From positions 320,001-384,000 of the forward strand of contig CAWCIZ010000002.1 of assembly GCA_963795855.1 (NCBI GenBank): DNA of 64,000 nt, read 5' to 3'. The position numbers and the translations under genes were made by a program. This stretch comes from Vulcanimicrobiota bacterium. GTDB taxonomy: Bacteria > Vulcanimicrobiota > Vulcanimicrobiia > Vulcanimicrobiales > Vulcanimicrobiaceae. The notes under the pieces were generated by a model. The model was given only the letters and a program-made list of their open reading frames with translations. It searched no databases and was not told where the DNA came from. Shown one piece after another: positions 54,560-64,000 of the stretch (the first letter of the stretch is position 1; each line of letters starts with the position of its first letter).

Positions 54560-54898
54560 CTACGCGGTTACGTCGATGAAGTGTTCGCCGTCGCCGCTCA
54601 GGCCGAGCGGGCCGGCCGCGCCGGCCTCCGCGGAATTTTCGTCGCTGCCGGGCTTGTGCCGGCGCCGCGCGGGCGGATCCTGGTGCTCGCGCTCGCCGTC
54701 GCCGCGCGAGCGCACCTTCGAACCTTCGACCTTGACGGGTTCGTCGACGCTCTCTTCACGGCGCACGACCTCGGCGGCGAACGCGGATTGCGCCGCCTGC
54801 TGCGCGGTTTGCGGGCCTTCTTGAGCAGTACTGAGCACGGCCGCGCTCGCGGGAGCAGCCATGTAAGCGAGTTGGAGATCGACCGGACGAATGGCCAT
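54560..54898 (-). CDS. Conserved-type hypothetical protein downstream of fliA
   Basis: MAIRPVDLQ N-terminus and GEHFIDVTA C-terminus, in operon with fliA. Confidence 0.7.
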   Translation of the reverse strand: MAIRPVDLQLAYMAAPASAAVLSTAQEGPQTAQQAAQSAFAAEVVRREESVDEPVKVEGSKVRSRGDGEREHQDPPARRRHKPGSDENSAEAGAAGPLGLSGDGEHFIDVTA

Positions 54899-54948
54899 GG
54901 TACGAGCAACTTCGGGCCGGCGGGTCCATCCCCTCGGGCGCCGCGGGA

Positions 54949-55788
54949 TTAGCCGGCTCTGCTTACGTTATCGGCCGTGGGCGGATTTTTGCGCAGGTAC
55001 TTCTGCTTGACGTTGGGGTCGCCGTCGCGATAGCCGAGGTCGCTGCGCAGCTCCCGCAGTTTTTGGCGCAGATGGATCACGGCTTGCGCGTGAATCTGCG
55101 ATACGCGCGATTCCGAAACGTTCAGCGCGCCTTTGATTTCCTTGAGCGTGAGGCCGTCGAAGTAATACAGCGAGATGACGGTTCGCTCTTGCGGGGGCAG
55201 TTCTTCAACCGCTCTGACGAGCGCCGAACGAATTTCGCGGTGCTCGACGGCAGTGGTGACGTCGTTGTCGGAGTCCTTGAGCGTGTCGACGAGCGGAATT
55301 TCGTAGCCCTTCTCGTTGGGCAGAAACTCTTCGAGCGAGAGCACGGCAGTGCCGCGCACGCGCTGCATCACGGTGTCGAGTTCTTTGCGCGAGATGCCGA
55401 GCTTTTCGGCGAGCTCGTCTTCGGTGGGGACGCGGCCGAACTGAGCTTCGAGTTCCTGATACGCGCGTTCCAATTCGCGTGCGCGCTGGCGTACGGCGCG
55501 CGGAACCCAGTCGAGCGAACGAAGCGCGTCGAGGATGGCGCCGTTGATGCGCGTGATGGCATACGTTTCGAACTTCACGCCGCGAGCATCGTCGTATTTC
55601 TCGATGGCGTCGATGAGCCCGAGAATACCGTCGTTGATCAGATCGTTGAGTTCGACGTTCGGAGGGAGGTTCACGGAGATGCGTCCGGCCACGTACTTGA
55701 CCAAGTGCAAGTACTTGTGAACGATCTCTTCTCGTGATAGTTCAACGCCGCCGATAACGTAGCGGTGCGAACTCCGGTTCAGCCTCAT
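54949..55788 (-). CDS. fliA: Flagellar sigma factor FliA/SigD (sigma28)
   Basis: GLIDAIEKYD, KFETYA, ILDALRSLDWVPR, VSESRVSQIH. Confidence 0.96.
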   Translation of the reverse strand: MRLNRSSHRYVIGGVELSREEIVHKYLHLVKYVAGRISVNLPPNVELNDLINDGILGLIDAIEKYDDARGVKFETYAITRINGAILDALRSLDWVPRAVRQRARELERAYQELEAQFGRVPTEDELAEKLGISRKELDTVMQRVRGTAVLSLEEFLPNEKGYEIPLVDTLKDSDNDVTTAVEHREIRSALVRAVEELPPQERTVISLYYFDGLTLKEIKGALNVSESRVSQIHAQAVIHLRQKLRELRSDLGYRDGDPNVKQKYLRKNPPTADNVSRAG

Positions 55789-55885
55789 TCACGCTCCGAG
55801 TTATGATGTAGCCCGTTAGGGGGCTTAATTGCTTCGCCGAAAGCGGTGCTCCTACCACCGGGCTGAACGCTGGGCGCGAATTCGG

Positions 55886-56958
55886 TTAAGAGCGTGCGAA
55901 GGAAGTGTTCGTCAGCTCGCAGAGCGCGTCGGCGATGTCGTCGAGCGCGACGACGCGATCGACCAGGCCGGCTTGAGCTGCGGCCCGCGGCATACCGTAC
56001 ACGACGCACGTGGCCGCGTCTTGTCCGATCACGAATCCGCCGCGCTCCTTTACCTTTCGTAAACCAATCACGCCGTCTTGGCCCATGCCGGTGAGAATCG
56101 CCGCCAGCGCCGACTCGCCGTACGTCTCCGCCACCGAAGCCGTCATGACGTCGACGCTGGGCACGTGCAGCGAGCGTCCTTCTTCGGAGCGTAATTGCAC
56201 CTCGACGTCGTCGCCGCCGTACGTGCGGCGCAGCGTGAGTGCCTGCCCGCCGGCGCGACGATGGCCGAGCCTTTGCGCAGCAGCATGCCGTCGACGCCTT
56301 CCACGACGCGAATTTTGCTGGCTTGATTCAGGCGCTCTGCGAGCGGGCGCGTAAAACCCGGCGGCATGTGCTGCACGATGACGATCGGCGCCGGAAAGGA
56401 CTCCGGCAAAAACGGAATGATGCGCGAGAGCGCAACCGGTCCGCCGGTCGACGTGCCGATGGCCACGCAGTCGAAGAGTCTGCGGTGCGCAATTGGCGGC
56501 GTGAGCGCCTCGGTAATCGGCGGGAGAATGACTTTTGGACGCGGCGGAACGCGGCCGGTCGCGCCGCGGCGCGCGAAGACGCGCACCTTCGCAACGAGAT
56601 CGCGCGCGACGTCGCTGATATTGACGTAGGCGGAGTCGGGCTTCGCGATAAAATCGACGGCGCCGAGATCGAGCGCGCGGAACGTCGTTTCGGCGCCTTC
56701 CTGCGTGAGCGCACTGATCATGATGATCGGTATCGAGGAGCGGCGCATGATTTCGCGCACGGCGTCCAGGCCGCTCATGCCCGGCATCTCCACGTCCATC
56801 GTGATGACGTCGGGGCGCAGCTGTTTGGCTTTGGTCACCGCCTCCTCGCCGTTGCGCGCCGTGCCGCAGACGACGATCTCGGGCTCGCCTTCGAGCATTT
56901 TCGAGATTGCCCGGCGCATGAACGCGGAGTCGTCGACGACCAAAACGTTAACGGCCAT
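55886..56958 (-). CDS. cheB: Chemotaxis methylesterase CheB (indel near 56240)
   Basis: Receiver domain, GTSTGGP, VQHMPPGFT, PSVD, ILTGMGQDG, CVVYGMP. Confidence 0.96.
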
Positions 56959-57778
56959 CGCTTCTCAACCGGTAATAGATCGCTTTGGGCGTGACGACCG
57001 GCTCGTAGGCGTCGGTGAGCCGCATGATCGATTCCGCGTGACCCAAAAACAAATACCCCCGCGGGCGTAACGCTCGCGCGAAGGCTTCGACGACGCGCTT
57101 TTGGGTGGGTTTATCGAAATAGATCAAAACGTTCCGGCAAAAGATGGCGTCCATCGGCCCCTGACCGGCGACGGCAGGTTCGTCCAACAGGTTGATTCTA
57201 AAGAATTCAACCAACCGTTTCACCTCGTCGCCGATGAGAAACCCGCCCTCGAAAGGCCGAAAGTACTTTTGAATAAGTTCGGGCGGCGTGGCGCGAAAGC
57301 TGAGGTCCCGGTAAAACCCCACGTTGCAGCGTTCCAGTGCCCGGGGTGAAAGATCGCCGGCCTTGATGTGAATTCTGCCGGGCGCGAGTTTACGCGTTTC
57401 GAGCAGGGTCATCGCGACGGAAAAAGGCTCCTCGCCCGTGGAGCATGCCGATGACCACACGCGCAGCGGCGAGCCGGCGCGAACCGCCTCGGCGACGACT
57501 TCGGTCGCCAGGACTTCGAGCTGCGCGCGCTCGCGGAAGAAATAGGTTTCGTTGTTGGAGAGGATCGACGCCAATTCGTCCCATTCCGACTGGCGCTCCG
57601 GATTCGTCGTCAGGAAGCGGTAGTACGCGCCGAAGTCCGGGACGCTGCGTTTGACGAGCCGCGTTTGAAGACGGCTCTGCAGCAAAAATTGCTTCGAATC
57701 GTCGTAATAGATGCCGAAACGGCCGCGAATGAGATCGCGCAACTGCCGAAACTCGGCATCGCTGATTGTGACGAGCAA
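56948..57778 (-). CDS. cheR: Chemotaxis methyltransferase CheR
   Basis: NETYFFRE, RVWSSACSTGEEP, IFCRNVLIYFD, LFLGHAES. Confidence 0.96.
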   Translation of the reverse strand: MLVTISDAEFRQLRDLIRGRFGIYYDDSKQFLLQSRLQTRLVKRSVPDFGAYYRFLTTNPERQSEWDELASILSNNETYFFRERAQLEVLATEVVAEAVRAGSPLRVWSSACSTGEEPFSVAMTLLETRKLAPGRIHIKAGDLSPRALERCNVGFYRDLSFRATPPELIQKYFRPFEGGFLIGDEVKRLVEFFRINLLDEPAVAGQGPMDAIFCRNVLIYFDKPTQKRVVEAFARALRPRGYLFLGHAESIMRLTDAYEPVVTPKAIYYRLRSDGR

Positions 57779-57781
57779 GTA

Positions 57782-58981
57782 TTACTCGTCGCGAAAATGC
57801 GCGCGCGCCGCCAAACGCAGCGCCTGTCCGTACAAATACAACCGATCCGTCACCGTTCGTTCGTGGTCTTCCCGCTGGAGAATATCGGCAAAGCGCGGCG
57901 AGGCCGCGAGTTGTTCGAAAAGCAGCGCGTAGCGCGACGGCCGCGTTTCGAGATAGCGCATAAGATGCGCGCGATGACGCAGACGCCCGTAGAAACGGCG
58001 CTTGACCGCGCGTTCGTAGTGCAGGTGCGCCGGGACGGACGCGCGGCGCGCGCAAACGACGGCCGCGGCGGCCATGCGTCCGCTCATTGCCGCTTCGTAA
58101 ATGCCCTCGCCGTTGGTGGCGTCGACCAAACCCGCCGCGGTGCCGCCGACCATTGCGCCGGGCGCCGCAATCGCGGGACGCGGCTCGCTGCCGTACAGTA
58201 AGTGCCCTTCCATTTTTATCGTGTGCGGAATGCCGGGATACAAGCGATCGCGAACGCGAGCGGTGAAGCGATCGAGTTCTGCGCGCAGCTGCGCGCCGGG
58301 CATTTTGCCCATGACGCCTAGGCCGATCGCGAGGTGATCGCGTTTGGGAAACATCCACGCGACGGTCATGCGGCCGTCTTGGGTCGGAAAATAATGCATC
58401 TCGAGCGTGCGGTACGCGATCGCGGCTGCGGGGCGTTCCAAATAGACGCGGTATTGCAGCGTCGTCACCAGGCCGTCTTGCCACTGCGCGTATGCGAATT
58501 CGCCGCTTTCCAGTTTCGCGGTGGAACCTTGGGCGAGAAAGACGTGACGCGCCGATATCGTACGCTGCTCGCCGGCGCGCAGATCCGCATAGTCGACGAG
58601 AATGCGTTCGCCCTGGCGGCGCAGAGATTTGAAAAGCGCAGACGTGCGTACCTGCGCGCCTTCTTTTGCCGCCAGGGCCGCGATCGTACCGTCGAGTTCC
58701 TCGCGCGTCGTCGTGTGGCCGGGGCCGAAAAACACTTCGTATTCGCGCAACCGCGTATCGAACAGCGCGAGGCGCGGCGTATCGCAGTGCACGAGTGTGC
58801 GGGGCAGATCGAAGGTCTCGCAGAAACCCGGACGCAGTCCGGCGGCGCAGACCCGCTTCGCGCCGACGACGCTGTCTTTGTCGAGCACGATCGTCTCGAC
58901 GCCGGCGCGGGCGGCTTCGCGAGCCGCCGTTCCGCCCGCGGGCCCGCATCCAACGACGAGAAAATCGACCGTTTCGACCAT
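57782..58981 (-). CDS. Geranylgeranyl reductase-family FAD oxidoreductase
   Basis: VVGCGPAGG, WMFPK, GTAAGLVDATNGEGIYEAAMSG. Confidence 0.85.
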   Translation of the reverse strand: MVETVDFLVVGCGPAGGTAAREAARAGVETIVLDKDSVVGAKRVCAAGLRPGFCETFDLPRTLVHCDTPRLALFDTRLREYEVFFGPGHTTTREELDGTIAALAAKEGAQVRTSALFKSLRRQGERILVDYADLRAGEQRTISARHVFLAQGSTAKLESGEFAYAQWQDGLVTTLQYRVYLERPAAAIAYRTLEMHYFPTQDGRMTVAWMFPKRDHLAIGLGVMGKMPGAQLRAELDRFTARVRDRLYPGIPHTIKMEGHLLYGSEPRPAIAAPGAMVGGTAAGLVDATNGEGIYEAAMSGRMAAAAVVCARRASVPAHLHYERAVKRRFYGRLRHRAHLMRYLETRPSRYALLFEQLAASPRFADILQREDHERTVTDRLYLYGQALRLAARAHFRDE

Positions 58982-59030
58982 GGCCGCGGGCTTCTATGAC
59001 GCGCCGCGCGGTTCCGGCGTTTTACGAAGT

Positions 59031-59453
59031 TTACGGTTCGGAAATGTCCCCGACCATCCGTCCGACTTTCTGCGGATCCGTCGAGCGCGCGACGTCGGCT
59101 TGGCTGACGATGCCGATGACGGTGCGCCCCTGGACGACGGGCAGACGGCGAATCTGATGCTCGGACATAAGTTGCGTGGCGCGCTCGACGCTGTCCTCGG
59201 ACGTCACGGAAACCGTTTCACCGCTTCGCACTTCACCGACGGTCGTCTTTGAGGGATCTTTGCCGACCGCCACCGCTCCGACGACGATGTCGCGATCGGT
59301 GATCATTCCGACAAGTTCGTTATTCTGCGCGGTTACGGGCAGCACGCCCACGTCTTGCTGTGCCATCAGTTTTGCCGCGTTGGCGATCGTATCGTCTTCG
59401 CGAGTGGTCACGACGTCTTTCGTCATGATGTCGGCGATTTGTTGATTTGCCAT
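59031..59453 (-). CDS. CBS-domain pair protein
   Basis: DIMTKDV, VGVLPV, GMITDRDI, QIRRLPVV, GIVSQAD. Confidence 0.92.
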   Translation of the reverse strand: MANQQIADIMTKDVVTTREDDTIANAAKLMAQQDVGVLPVTAQNNELVGMITDRDIVVGAVAVGKDPSKTTVGEVRSGETVSVTSEDSVERATQLMSEHQIRRLPVVQGRTVIGIVSQADVARSTDPQKVGRMVGDISEP

Positions 59454-59466
59454 AGGGCGTACTCCT

Positions 59467-59754
59467 GTTCACACGTGTCTGTAGCACGTTCCCCTGGACC
59501 ACCTCCGCAACACGCGCCAAACGACCGGTTCCCAGACCGAATCGCCGCGAGCTTGCGCTATTTTTTGTGCGCGCTCCACATATGAGGAGTGTGATGGCAG
59601 CGCCGATGATGACGCCGTAGAGTGCGTCGATGACGTTGACCGCCGGTCCGGAAAGCCGGGTTCTCCAAATCGCCTCGACGCATGTCATTACCGAAACGAG
59701 GAGCGCCAATGAAATAATATAGAACGAAGTATTACGCGTCCTGAACTTTGCCAT
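59467..59754 (-). CDS. Small two-TM hypothetical protein (3' end uncertain, probable indel)
   Basis: MAKFRTRNTSFYIISLALLVSV...LYGVIIGAAITLL. The frame as given runs into the CBS gene. Confidence 0.4.
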
Positions 59755-59900
59755 GCTGGACTTTTCCGCAGGTCGCCTTCGGGGTCCTAGCCGCGCTCGA
59801 GCGGCGCTAAGCGCGCTGCATCGCCGCAACAAAGATGCGTGGGGTCGACCCAATCCGTCGGGTTTCTCCCGAAAACGCCAAATGGTGTGTGAGGCGCCCG

Positions 59901-61046
59901 CTATTCGTCCCCGTTTTCGAAGGTGACGGTGAAAATCGCAATGTCGTCGGGAGCCGGGGGCTCCACGACTTCGCGCAATAGATAAGACGCGGGGTTTGCG
60001 ACATGCAAATTCGTCGAGGCCTCGATCGCAGCGCGCAACCGCGCTTCCCCCTCGGCCGAATCATGTGAGGCTTCGATGAGACCGTCGGTGTAACAGACCA
60101 GTGACGTCGCATCGTGTAAGGACACGCTTGTAGACGTCCGTTTCATAGTTGCAGGCACGCCGAGCAGTGTGTCGCCATTGCAAGAGCTTCTTCAATCGAA
60201 CCGTCCGAGCGCTGGAGCAATGCCGGCGGATGTCCCGCGTTCGAAAATTCCAGCGTACGCCGCTGGGGATCGAGCACGCAAAAAAACACGCTGGCTATAA
60301 AGTCTGGGTTTTCCATCAGCATCATGTCCTCGACGGACGAAATGATGGAACCGGGATCGCGATTTTGAAATTGCGCGGCTCGCATCGCGACCGCTCTGAA
60401 CGACTGGCGCAGTTTGCTCATCAACACGGCCGCTTCGAGGCCGTGCCCGTTCACGTCGCCAACCGATACTGCGAGCGTGCCGTTGGAGAGCGGGAACGCA
60501 TCGTACCAATCGCCGCCGACGAGCAAGTCCTTCGAACTGGGTTGGTACACGGCGTCGAAGGTGAGGTCTTTGAAGACCGGGCAGTCTTCGCGGTAGCGCG
60601 GCCTGCTGAAACGTTTCTGCGACGCGACGCTGCTGACGGTAGAGCGTTTCGAGCGCCTCTTTCGCTTGGCGAGCGGCGTGCGTCTCCATTGCCGTGCCGA
60701 CCCACTGTACGATCGTACCGCTTGCATCGCGCAGCGCGTGCGCATGCGCCGAGAACCAGCGCCACTCACCGGACGCCGCGTGGCGAATACGATACTCGAT
60801 TTCAACGTCTTGACCGCTCTCCATCGCCGCGTACCACGCTGCCCCCACAGACGGCACGTCGTCGGGATGAATGTAGTTGCGCCAGTCTTCGCCGGGATCG
60901 CGTTGGAAACGCGGCTGACCGGTGTATTCGTGCCACGCGCGATTGAAAAAATTCACGACGCCGTTCGGATCCGACATCATGACGAGAATCGGCAAAGCAT
61001 CCGCCATAACGCGCTGCGTTTCGGTGATTGTGTCGATCAATCGCAT
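59901..61046 (-). CDS. PAS + SpoIIE/PP2C (RsbU-like) phosphatase (indels near 60590 and 60180)
   Basis: IHPDD..EYRIR..WRW (PAS), VGGDWYD, GDVNGHG, NAGHPP, YTDGLIE, DDIA. Confidence 0.88.
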
Positions 61047-61168
61047 GGCGGCATACTTGCTTAACAAGAACCAAAATCATTCACGGCGTCCTAAAGGACG
61101 GCCGGGCAAGGCAAGCGGCGCTCACGTGCGCAGGCAAGCGCGCTTGCAGCGGTCAATTAAGCGCGGCT

Positions 61169-61726
61169 ATGCCGATCGCCACGCCGAAGAACTACCTGCA
61201 TCTGCCGCTGGGCGAGAATGCTCCGGAAGAGATCAACGTCGTCGTCGAGATTCCCGAACGTTCGCGCAACAAATACGAATACGACAAGACGCTCGACATC
61301 TTCCGGCTCGACCGCGCATTGCACTCGCCGATTCACTATCCCGGCGACTATGGCTTCGCGCCGCAGACGCTGGCCCTCGACGGCGATCCGCTCGACGTGC
61401 TGATCCTGACCATCGAGCCGACCTTCGCGGGGTGCCTGGTGGTTGCACGGCCGATCGGCTTGCTCAAGATGATCGACGAGGGCAAGGAAGACGACAAGAT
61501 CCTTGCCGTGCCGGTCGGGGAACCGTCATTCGACGGCATCCACAACTACACGCAGATCTTTCCGCACCTTGTACGAAAAATCTCGCACTTCTTCGAGACG
61601 TATAAACTGCTGGAGGGCAAGAAAACTGCGACGCAAGGCTGGCAAGACGCGGCCGCGGCACGGCAGATCGTGAAAGAGTCCTACGAGCGCTTCACGGAGC
61701 AAGAAGCCGCACTGAAACGCTCGTAG
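61169..61726 (+). CDS. ppa: Inorganic pyrophosphatase (family I)
   Basis: VEIP..SRNKYEYD, YPGDYGF, DGDPLDVL, DDKILAVP, HFFETYK. Confidence 0.96.
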   Translation: MPIATPKNYLHLPLGENAPEEINVVVEIPERSRNKYEYDKTLDIFRLDRALHSPIHYPGDYGFAPQTLALDGDPLDVLILTIEPTFAGCLVVARPIGLLKMIDEGKEDDKILAVPVGEPSFDGIHNYTQIFPHLVRKISHFFETYKLLEGKKTATQGWQDAAAARQIVKESYERFTEQEAALKRS

Positions 61727-61734
61727 CGAACTTT

Positions 61735-62730
61735 TCACGGGCCAATGGCAGTTTGCGCGGGCCCATAGCCCGCCCCGTTGTTGAATGTTCCGGCATCCAT
61801 CGCAAAAGCCGGTGAACCGGACGGTTGCAGCGACGTAAACACGTCGATGCCGAAGTTGCCGGTGCCCTGCGTTTGACCGTACGGAACGTAGAGGTGTCCG
61901 TGTGAATCGAATATCGGAGCGAACGGTTGACCGTCAGCGTTCATGGTCGTCCACTTACTCGACGTCGTTAACGGCAGCGTCGAATAAAACAGGCTGGAAC
62001 AATTGCAAGGGAATGGGAAGTACGCCGTTACGACGATTTCGTTGCCGTAGATTGCGACTCCGTTCAATTGCCATCCGAAGGTCGTGGCAAACGGTTTGCC
62101 GGTATAAGGCGGCGCATAGCGCAGCAGCGCCGATTGCGGAGGCATCGACCCAGTGCCGTAGATTTGGATTTGCGTGACGTACACGTTTCTAGAGACGTCT
62201 GCCGCGACGTCGCCCGGATTGGATACGGGAATCGTTACGCTCGCGGTGGACGACGCGGAAAGAGGCGATTGAAATTTCTGGACCTCCTTAGCGGTCGGCA
62301 CCCACAGGCCGCCTTGCCGATCGAACGCTAGGAATTGCGGATTTGCGGCCGCCGTTATTGCAAAGTGAGATCCCGTCGTGCCGGTGACGACCTGTTTGTA
62401 GATGCTCACCCTATCTGTCGCCCGGCTATCCACGGCGAGATACGTGCCGTTCGATGCGACGCCGAGCGGCGAAGTGTACGAACGAACTATCAGTGGTTTC
62501 GAACTGCTGCTATACGGCGGCCCATATTGCTTCCACGTGCCGCGGTCCGTTACAAAGAGGCAGTTGTTCGCGCAACTTGCCGTCCCGGCCGCGAGGGAAT
62601 TGTCTGCCGGCAATCGATCTTGGCTTTGAATCGGCGGCGGATTGATTCCGTGACCGCCGCAAGCACTCAGCAGTAAAGCGAGAGTTGCGCAACTAAAAGA
62701 AAAAGAACAGGAACGCAAACGAAGTGCCAA
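61735..62730 (-). CDS. Secreted beta-propeller lipoprotein
   Basis: Lipobox LLSAC, repeated PxxVA.D..G.L(W/Y)V blades. Confidence 0.7.
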   Translation of the reverse strand: MALRLRSCSFSFSCATLALLLSACGGHGINPPPIQSQDRLPADNSLAAGTASCANNCLFVTDRGTWKQYGPPYSSSSKPLIVRSYTSPLGVASNGTYLAVDSRATDRVSIYKQVVTGTTGSHFAITAAANPQFLAFDRQGGLWVPTAKEVQKFQSPLSASSTASVTIPVSNPGDVAADVSRNVYVTQIQIYGTGSMPPQSALLRYAPPYTGKPFATTFGWQLNGVAIYGNEIVVTAYFPFPCNCSSLFYSTLPLTTSSKWTTMNADGQPFAPIFDSHGHLYVPYGQTQGTGNFGIDVFTSLQPSGSPAFAMDAGTFNNGAGYGPAQTAIGP

Positions 62731-63026
62731 ACCCGCACCTCCTCGTGCAAATGCGCCAACGACTTATTATAACGGTCACGTGCACCTTGTCGTAGGGCCT
62801 TGCGACCGCGCTTTTAGGTACACTCTACCGTAAGCCGGTAAGCGACGGCCAAGTCTTCGATGCGGGTTTCCAACCGCTCGAAGCGCAGCGGGTACCTGTG
62901 CCATACGAGGGATTCAAGCATAGGCGCGGTGGCGGGAATTTGCTTTGAACGCGGTTTAGTATGCTTTGGCCGCATGACGAACGCCATGTTGCGACCAAGC
63001 CGATGACGTTGCCCGAAAAGGCTCGG

Positions 63027-63260
63027 CTATGGTGTCCGAGGTTGTTGCTGCACGTTTTGGGTTTGACTGCACACCATTTCGTGCAGTTCGCGAGCAAAAT
63101 AGGTCCGTGCTTCCTGCGGTATGCTCTGCGCTTGTTCGTCGGCGATGACGTTCTCGACGATCGCATACGCGTTGTGAGGGGTGATTGCCTCAGGCTCGTG
63201 TGCCGCAACGTTCTTGAGACGTTTCCATACGCGTTCGGCATCCGTCAAATACAAAAACAT
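63027..63260 (-). CDS. Small hypothetical protein
   Basis: 77-aa ATG ORF with plausible composition. No recognisable motif. Confidence 0.35.
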   Translation of the reverse strand: MFLYLTDAERVWKRLKNVAAHEPEAITPHNAYAIVENVIADEQAQSIPQEARTYFARELHEMVCSQTQNVQQQPRTP

Positions 63261-63444
63261 GGCTGGTCCGAATTTAGCACAGCGTTACATTGCCTGCCGT
63301 TCGATATCAAACGTAACGAAAGTCAACCAAAAAAAAACGCACCTAGGCCTTGCTAGTCTGCATGGCATGCCGCCATCCGCACGCCGCGAGCTTGCTAAAT
63401 AGCAGTTACGAGTACACAATAAACCGGCGCGCAGAATTGCAACG

Positions 63445-64000
63445 ATGCAGCAGAGCAAATTACTGGCTTTACTCCCCCAAGACGAAAGAGATCGACTTTC
63501 GCCTTTCCTTCACGAAGTGTCTTTGCGACAGAATGACGAGCTGGTCGAGGCAGGGTACCCGATCGAGCACGTATGGTTTCCTCACGATTGCGTGACCTCG
63601 ACGGTCGTGGATTCTGCTGAAGGCGCGACGATCGAAGTGGGACTCATGGGCTACGAAGGCATGGTTGGCCTTTCCCTGTTACTAGGGAAGAGAATTAGCA
63701 ACACGACCGTTATCGTTCAGGTCGCGGGCAGAGCCACGAAGATGGCCGCAGCGGATTTCATTCGGCACGTCGTTCAGCGGCGCGGCAATCTATTTGACCG
63801 CCTGTTGCAATATACGGATGCCTTCATGGCGATGGTCGCCCAAACGGCGGCGTGCAACAGCCTGCATAGCATCGATGAACGGTTAGCGCGATGGATTCTC
63901 ATGGTGCACGATCGCGTTGAACGCAACGAGATTTTGCTCACGCAAGAATTTCTAGCGTATATGCTAGGCGTGCGGCGACCTTCGGTATCGCTCGCCGCAA
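63445..64000 (+). CDS. Crp/Fnr family transcriptional regulator (3' truncated)
   Basis: Read by hand: LLALLP..IEHVWFP..TIEVGLMGYEGMVG..QTAACN..RLARWIL..TQEFLAYMLGVRRPSVS. Confidence 0.92.
   Translation, partial: MQQSKLLALLPQDERDRLSPFLHEVSLRQNDELVEAGYPIEHVWFPHDCVTSTVVDSAEGATIEVGLMGYEGMVGLSLLLGKRISNTTVIVQVAGRATKMAAADFIRHVVQRRGNLFDRLLQYTDAFMAMVAQTAACNSLHSIDERLARWILMVHDRVERNEILLTQEFLAYMLGVRRPSVSLAA

Noticed and set aside
59755..59900. Riboswitch in the GC-rich intergenic region
   Set aside because: Short hairpins are present, but no conserved riboswitch motif could be identified by eye.
62730..63445. Mobile element or island boundary in the lower-GC stretch
   Set aside because: No integrase, transposase, tRNA or terminal repeats; consistent with promoter-containing intergenic DNA.

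Overview
A GC-rich bacterial window. Gene content and the secreted beta-propeller lipoproteins suggest Eremiobacterota/Vulcanimicrobiota, but this is an inference only. It is dominated by a minus-strand, Firmicutes-style flagellar/chemotaxis cluster: fliF-G-H-I-J, motE-like, fliK, flgD, flagellar operon protein, flgE, flbD, motAB, fliM-Y/N-O-P-Q-R, flhB, flhA, PilZ, cheY-C-A-W, with a second block cheR-cheB-fliA-fliK-like-flhB-like. trpE-trpG and an opposite-strand Vgb-like lipoprotein gene sit inside the cluster. Other genes are a hydantoinase A/B pair split by two half-CHAD genes, a BlaI/BlaR1(M56) module coupled to pentapeptide repeats, purA, GH125, hpt, a two-component pair, FNT, PadR/RND, ECF41-VOC, recA/recX, ftsY, ppa and a Crp/Fnr regulator. 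About 20 single-base frameshifts, several in housekeeping genes, look like sequencing indels. The most notable signals are (1) a BlaI-BlaR1 system whose sensor is an extracytoplasmic pentapeptide-repeat domain, with a secreted paralog and a visible operator/promoter, (2) two families of structured intergenic repeats with compensatory base changes inserted inside operons, (3) a degenerate-GGDEF histidine kinase, and (4) split CHAD genes inside hyuA-hyuB.
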